NCBI GenBank assembly: GCA_965216565.1
Contig: OZ244170.1
Span: forward strand, 1,024,001 to 1,088,000
DNA length: 64,000 bases
Source: Bythopirellula sp.
GTDB lineage: Bacteria; Planctomycetota; Planctomycetia; Pirellulales; Lacipirellulaceae
Reading direction: 5' to 3'
Of this stretch, positions 59,931 to 64,000 are shown piece by piece (the stretch's first letter is position 1; every line of letters starts with the position of its first letter). A model generated the notes under the pieces. That model was not told where the DNA came from. It was given only the letters and a program-made list of their open reading frames with translations, and did not search any database. The translations under genes were made by a program, and so were the position numbers.

Positions 59931-61109
59931 ATGTCTGGTGCTCCCCATGTACTCTTCGCCGGTGGTGGAGACCCAAGCCACGTCAATCCGGGGCTCTCCG
60001 TTGCCAGGCAGCTTAGTCGACGCTTGCCCGAAGCGGCAATTACCTTCTCAGGCCCGAACGCTTCGCCACATCGGCATCGAATCCGTACTGCCGGTTTCCA
60101 GTATCTAGGAATTCCCTCGCGTCCTGCCCCCAATAACCCAGCGCAGGCGCTGCGATATGTTACAGACAATTTTGCCGGTTATTGTGCGGCAAAGTGGAAG
60201 TTGCGCGAGGAAAATGTCTCGCTCGTTGTTGGGCTCGGTGGCTACGACAGCAGTCCCATGGTTAAAGCGGCAATCTGCCGGGGGACGCCAGTTATTCTGC
60301 TAGAACAGAACCTGATGCCGGGCAAGATCTCGCAATCGCACAGCCACAAAGCGGCATTGATTTGTACCGCGTTCGAACAAACCAAACCCCATCTGAGTGT
60401 TCTCTCCCGACCGCTCTGCTCGGGATATCCAATCAGCCCTCATTTCGAAGAGCTATATCGCGTCAGACAAAGTTACGAGCGTTCGACTGTCTCGAAGCCG
60501 ACTGTCTCGAAGAACGTCGACGACCGACCCAAGAAAAAGCAATTAGTTGTTCTGGGCGGTGTGGGCGGATCGAAGGCGTTAAACAAAGTTGTACCCGGCG
60601 CATTGCGACAACTGGGTTCAGTGGTCGACGAATGGCAAATCATTCATCAGACGGGTGATAGACAACTCCAGGAGACAGAACGAAAATACCAAAAGGCCAA
60701 ACTCGACGTCCTGGCTGTCACCACAATCGATGAATTGGCATCGATCGTTTTTGATAGCGATTTGGTTATCTGCCGAGCGGGGGGGAATACTCTCGCAGAG
60801 TTGGCATTGGCAGAAGTTCCAGCGTTACTCGTGCCCCTTGCGGAGGGCGATAACGGTGTGCAAATGGCAAACGCCAAGTCGTTCCGCGCGGCAGGCGCCT
60901 GCCGGCTTGTTGAGGAAGTTAGCCAAATCTCAGCACTGCAGTCAGCCATGACCCGAGAACTCAGGCAACTGATGACCGACGTCACGTTGCGAAGCGAAAT
61001 GCGGCGAAAAATTGCCACCTTCTCTCGGCCCCGTGCCTCTTCTGATATTGCCGAAGCGATCTGTGATACGCTCTATGGCAAAACTGCACCTACGCGGATC
61101 GCTGCTTAG
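59931..61109 (+). CDS. Divergent MurG-like GT28 glycosyltransferase
   Basis: LFAGGG, GLGGY, LEQN, HQTG, CRAGGNTLAEL and QMANA. Confidence 0.87.
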   Translation: MSGAPHVLFAGGGDPSHVNPGLSVARQLSRRLPEAAITFSGPNASPHRHRIRTAGFQYLGIPSRPAPNNPAQALRYVTDNFAGYCAAKWKLREENVSLVVGLGGYDSSPMVKAAICRGTPVILLEQNLMPGKISQSHSHKAALICTAFEQTKPHLSVLSRPLCSGYPISPHFEELYRVRQSYERSTVSKPTVSKNVDDRPKKKQLVVLGGVGGSKALNKVVPGALRQLGSVVDEWQIIHQTGDRQLQETERKYQKAKLDVLAVTTIDELASIVFDSDLVICRAGGNTLAELALAEVPALLVPLAEGDNGVQMANAKSFRAAGACRLVEEVSQISALQSAMTRELRQLMTDVTLRSEMRRKIATFSRPRASSDIAEAICDTLYGKTAPTRIAA

Positions 61110-61127
61110 CAATACCACTGTATTGAG

Positions 61128-61320
61128 TGAAATGGGGACTGGCTCGCGATTGCGATTTCTCGCATTGAAATTGCTAACGTGTAGCCGCAATCGTGTGCCT
61201 GTACCCATTTCAAGCGGGGTCTACAAATGGGCCGTCGAAAAAAAGGGACAGGCACGTCGACGCCACGGGCGAAGAGGGTTCAAACGGGCAATTTGCATCG
61301 AGCCAGTCCCTGTTTTTCGA
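61128..61320. repeat. Two inverted REP-like units (family D) between convergent genes
   Basis: aaatggggactggctcg...gtgcctgtacccattt and aaagggacaggcacg...cgagccagtccctgttt. Confidence 0.78.
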
Positions 61321-61342
61321 CTTGCGAAATAGCGCTGCAGTA

Positions 61343-62362
61343 CTAATACGCGTCGACTTTCGCTTTCCCGCGAAACGTCCAGTAGACGATTCCTGTGTAA
61401 GTCGCCACCAGCGGCATGCCGATCAGAGCGAAGATGAACATGATGCCAAGTGTGGTATCGCTCGAGGATCCGTTGTAAATCGTGATGCTGTCCACGCCGT
61501 CCGTAGCGGCGTTGCTCGCAGTTACCAGGTTGGGAAAAATCGCAAACCCCACCAGCATTACCTGGCAGGCGATGGTCAGACAGCTAGAGAGAAACGCCCA
61601 ACCAAACTTCTTATAGAACACACACCGGGGGATGTTGGCGATCGCCAGGACATTGACGATCACAAATCCCGCGATCCACGGTGCGTGTTCCAAGTTGGGC
61701 CGTGCTTGGGGCACCATCACCAGCGTCGCCGTGGTCGTGAGATTGAAGAAAACCAGGAATGCTCCCCAAGTGTGCCAAATCCAGCGACCAATGCGGGCTT
61801 GCAATACTCCCTCGGTCTTCAGATGGAGATAGAGTGCGCCGTGCATGGCGAACATCACGACTGTCATCACGCCGACGAGTATGGGATAGGGTTTGAGTAG
61901 TTCTGTGAATCGACCCGCGAACTCGCCTCGCTCGTTGAGCTCGATCCCCGCCAGTCCGTTGCCCACTAGCAAACCAAATAGGAACGACGCCACCAGGCTC
62001 GATCCGAAAAACGCATAGTCCCAACAGGTTCGCCACACGACCGAGGGATTCTTACTGCGGAACTCCAAGCTTACGCCGCGAAAGATGAGGCAGAACAACA
62101 GCAACATAAAGGCATTGTAGAAGCCCTCGAAAATTGTTGCGTAGGCTTCGGGAAATCCCGCCAGCAACGCCCCGCCGAACGTGACAAGCCATACTTCGTT
62201 CCCGTCCCAAATGGGGCCGATGGAACTGATGGCCAAACGCCGCTCGGTATCAGTTCGGGCCAGGGGGTGCAGAATTCCCACGCCCAGGTCGAAACCATCC
62301 AAAATGGCATAGCCAGCCAGCAGCACTCCCAATAGAACAAACCAAACGAGATTTAAATCCAT
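61343..62362 (-). CDS. cydB: Cytochrome bd ubiquinol oxidase subunit II
   Basis: YAILDGFDLGVG, IGPIWDGNEVWL and YWTFRGK. Confidence 0.96.
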   Translation of the reverse strand: MDLNLVWFVLLGVLLAGYAILDGFDLGVGILHPLARTDTERRLAISSIGPIWDGNEVWLVTFGGALLAGFPEAYATIFEGFYNAFMLLLFCLIFRGVSLEFRSKNPSVVWRTCWDYAFFGSSLVASFLFGLLVGNGLAGIELNERGEFAGRFTELLKPYPILVGVMTVVMFAMHGALYLHLKTEGVLQARIGRWIWHTWGAFLVFFNLTTTATLVMVPQARPNLEHAPWIAGFVIVNVLAIANIPRCVFYKKFGWAFLSSCLTIACQVMLVGFAIFPNLVTASNAATDGVDSITIYNGSSSDTTLGIMFIFALIGMPLVATYTGIVYWTFRGKAKVDAY

Positions 62363-62377
62363 AACCGCAGTTCTCTC

Positions 62378-63919
62378 TCAGTTCGGTTTGTCTCGGGGAT
62401 CAGTCAATGAATCGCGATGGCCTGTCCAGGTGGATGCGGCTTCCATCACTCCTCCCGGCGTTGTCTCATGGTCTCTGCCAATGGGCTCCGGTCCATGGGA
62501 TATCTTCTGATGCAAGACGAACACCCAGACAAAAAATAGCAAAATATAGATCGCACCGAACATGATAATCGAACCGACTACCTGTTCGCCGCTGATAACC
62601 GCCGACACGCCATCGGTGGTCCGCAAACCTTCAGTTTCCTGGTAACGGAAATGGCCCGCAGCATCGACAATTGGCTCGCCCTGTTCGTCCGTTTCCAGAG
62701 GGGCGTAGACGATCCACGGCTGGCGCCCGACTTCTGCGGATACCCACCCCGCTTCGTTCGCAACAAATGCTGGGATCACCGAACCGACAAACACCCACAT
62801 CAACCAACGTTTTTCAAACAAAGCTCCTCGCCAGCGTAAGAATGAGCCAATGACAGTCAATGCAGCAAAGAACACACCAATGCCAATCATTAAGTGATAG
62901 CTGAAGAACGAAATCGCGATCGGCGGACGGTCTTCTTCGCGAAACTTATCAAGACCAATCACAGGCTCGTCAGCATCGCCAAAGAGCAGCAGGCTTAGTC
63001 CACCGGGGATCGAAACATTCCCACGAATCGTCTCGGCTTCTTCGTCTGGGAATCCGAGAATGCTCAAGTCGCCCGGTCCCGTGTGGAAATGCCCTTCGAA
63101 TGCGGCCATCTTTACTGGCTGTGTTTCGTAAACATTCTGGGCCTGCATGTGTCCACTGACAAACATCGCCAAGCTGGAGACCGTCGCCAGAATCAAGGCG
63201 CCCGTAAACGAGCGGCGAGCAAAGTCTTCGTGCCTTTTATGCAGGATGTACCAGGCCGAGATGCTCATGATGAACGCAGCGCCGAGGATAAAGCAGCCGA
63301 TCCAGACATGTACTAATCGGTGTATCGAGGAGGGGTTGAACACCATTGCCCAAAAGTCGGTGATCTCTGCCCGACGGATGACCTCGCCGGCGACAACCCA
63401 CGGCTCGCCGTCCCGGGTCATCTCCACAATATGATGCCCTGTGGGAGTTTGCTGCCAACTATTGGCAATCGTGATCCACACCGAGCTAAAGATCGAACCA
63501 AGGGATACCATGAGCGTGGCAAAGAAGTGGAACTTCGGCCCGACGCGATCCCAGCCAAACACAAGGACAGAAAGAAAACCGGACTCGAGGAAGAATGCAA
63601 AAATCCCCTCGGCGGCCAGTGCAGAACCGAATACATCGCCGACAAACCGAGAGTAGGCAGCCCAATTGGTTCCAAATTCGAACTCCATCACGATGCCAGT
63701 CGCCACGCCAAGGGCAAAATTCACCGCGAAGATCTTGGTCCAAAAACGGGCCGCTTGCTCGTAGACCGGTTCCTTGGTCTTGAGATACATCCCTTCCAGA
63801 TAAACGAGCACCACTCCCATACCAATCGTGAGCGGCGGGAACAGGTAGTGAAACATGATGGTCAGCGCAAACTGAATGCGAGACAGCATCACGACGTCGA
63901 GTTCAGCAAAGAGATACAT
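62378..63919 (-). CDS. cydA: Cytochrome bd ubiquinol oxidase subunit I
   Basis: [30 protein letters not shown] and EVGRQPW. Confidence 0.96.
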   Translation of the reverse strand: MYLFAELDVVMLSRIQFALTIMFHYLFPPLTIGMGVVLVYLEGMYLKTKEPVYEQAARFWTKIFAVNFALGVATGIVMEFEFGTNWAAYSRFVGDVFGSALAAEGIFAFFLESGFLSVLVFGWDRVGPKFHFFATLMVSLGSIFSSVWITIANSWQQTPTGHHIVEMTRDGEPWVVAGEVIRRAEITDFWAMVFNPSSIHRLVHVWIGCFILGAAFIMSISAWYILHKRHEDFARRSFTGALILATVSSLAMFVSGHMQAQNVYETQPVKMAAFEGHFHTGPGDLSILGFPDEEAETIRGNVSIPGGLSLLLFGDADEPVIGLDKFREEDRPPIAISFFSYHLMIGIGVFFAALTVIGSFLRWRGALFEKRWLMWVFVGSVIPAFVANEAGWVSAEVGRQPWIVYAPLETDEQGEPIVDAAGHFRYQETEGLRTTDGVSAVISGEQVVGSIIMFGAIYILLFFVWVFVLHQKISHGPEPIGRDHETTPGGVMEAASTWTGHRDSLTDPRDKPN

Positions 63920-64000
63920 GAAGTCGCCCGGGTTTTGTCTCCGTGGTAAAACCAACGCACTATTCTAAATCTAACCGAGGAATTCTCGCCGATGTAACCC

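Noticed and set aside
1..64000. CRISPR array, rRNA, tRNA, reverse transcriptase/DGR, prophage
   Set aside because: No regularly spaced repeats, recognisable RNA genes, RT motifs or phage structural genes seen
63920..64000. cydAB as part of the sigma54 regulon
   Set aside because: Outside the island; no -24/-12 motif in the short upstream sequence available

Overview
The window looks like a Planctomycetota chromosome segment (inferred from DUF1559, DUF1570, dockerin/PEP-CTERM proteins and several sulfatases). Ordinary chromosomal genes lie at 1-15.1 kb (adenine and cytosine deaminases, PilC-like protein, FG-GAP protein, S1C protease, ispG, pgsA, rimO, ImmA/IrrE) and at 56.2-64 kb (degenerate murE/murF/murG-like genes, cydAB), with several REP-like palindrome families. 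Between them is a decayed ~41 kb island. It is bounded by a 23-bp palindromic direct repeat (15109-15131 and 56133-56155), with a broken tyrosine integrase at the left end, a broken large serine recombinase at the right end and IS3 scars. Cargo module 1 (17.4-37.7 kb) is the most interesting part. It encodes a kinase with both a LOV (NCRFLQ) domain and a FixL-type heme-PAS domain, an NtrC-type activator, five USPs, CBS, Hsp20, BON, hemerythrin, VIT1, a persulfide-detoxification trio, PckA and a PDRP. It also carries eight sigma54 -24/-12 promoters and a shared candidate enhancer. It resembles a self-contained sigma54 hypoxia/dormancy regulon that may also respond to light. Cargo module 2 (37.8-53.3 kb) is an ECF/FecR-linked polysaccharide locus with DUF1559, GH128, four PEP-CTERM proteins and four sulfatases. 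No rRNA, tRNA or CRISPR array was seen. All calls come from reading the sequence by eye; no database searches were run.
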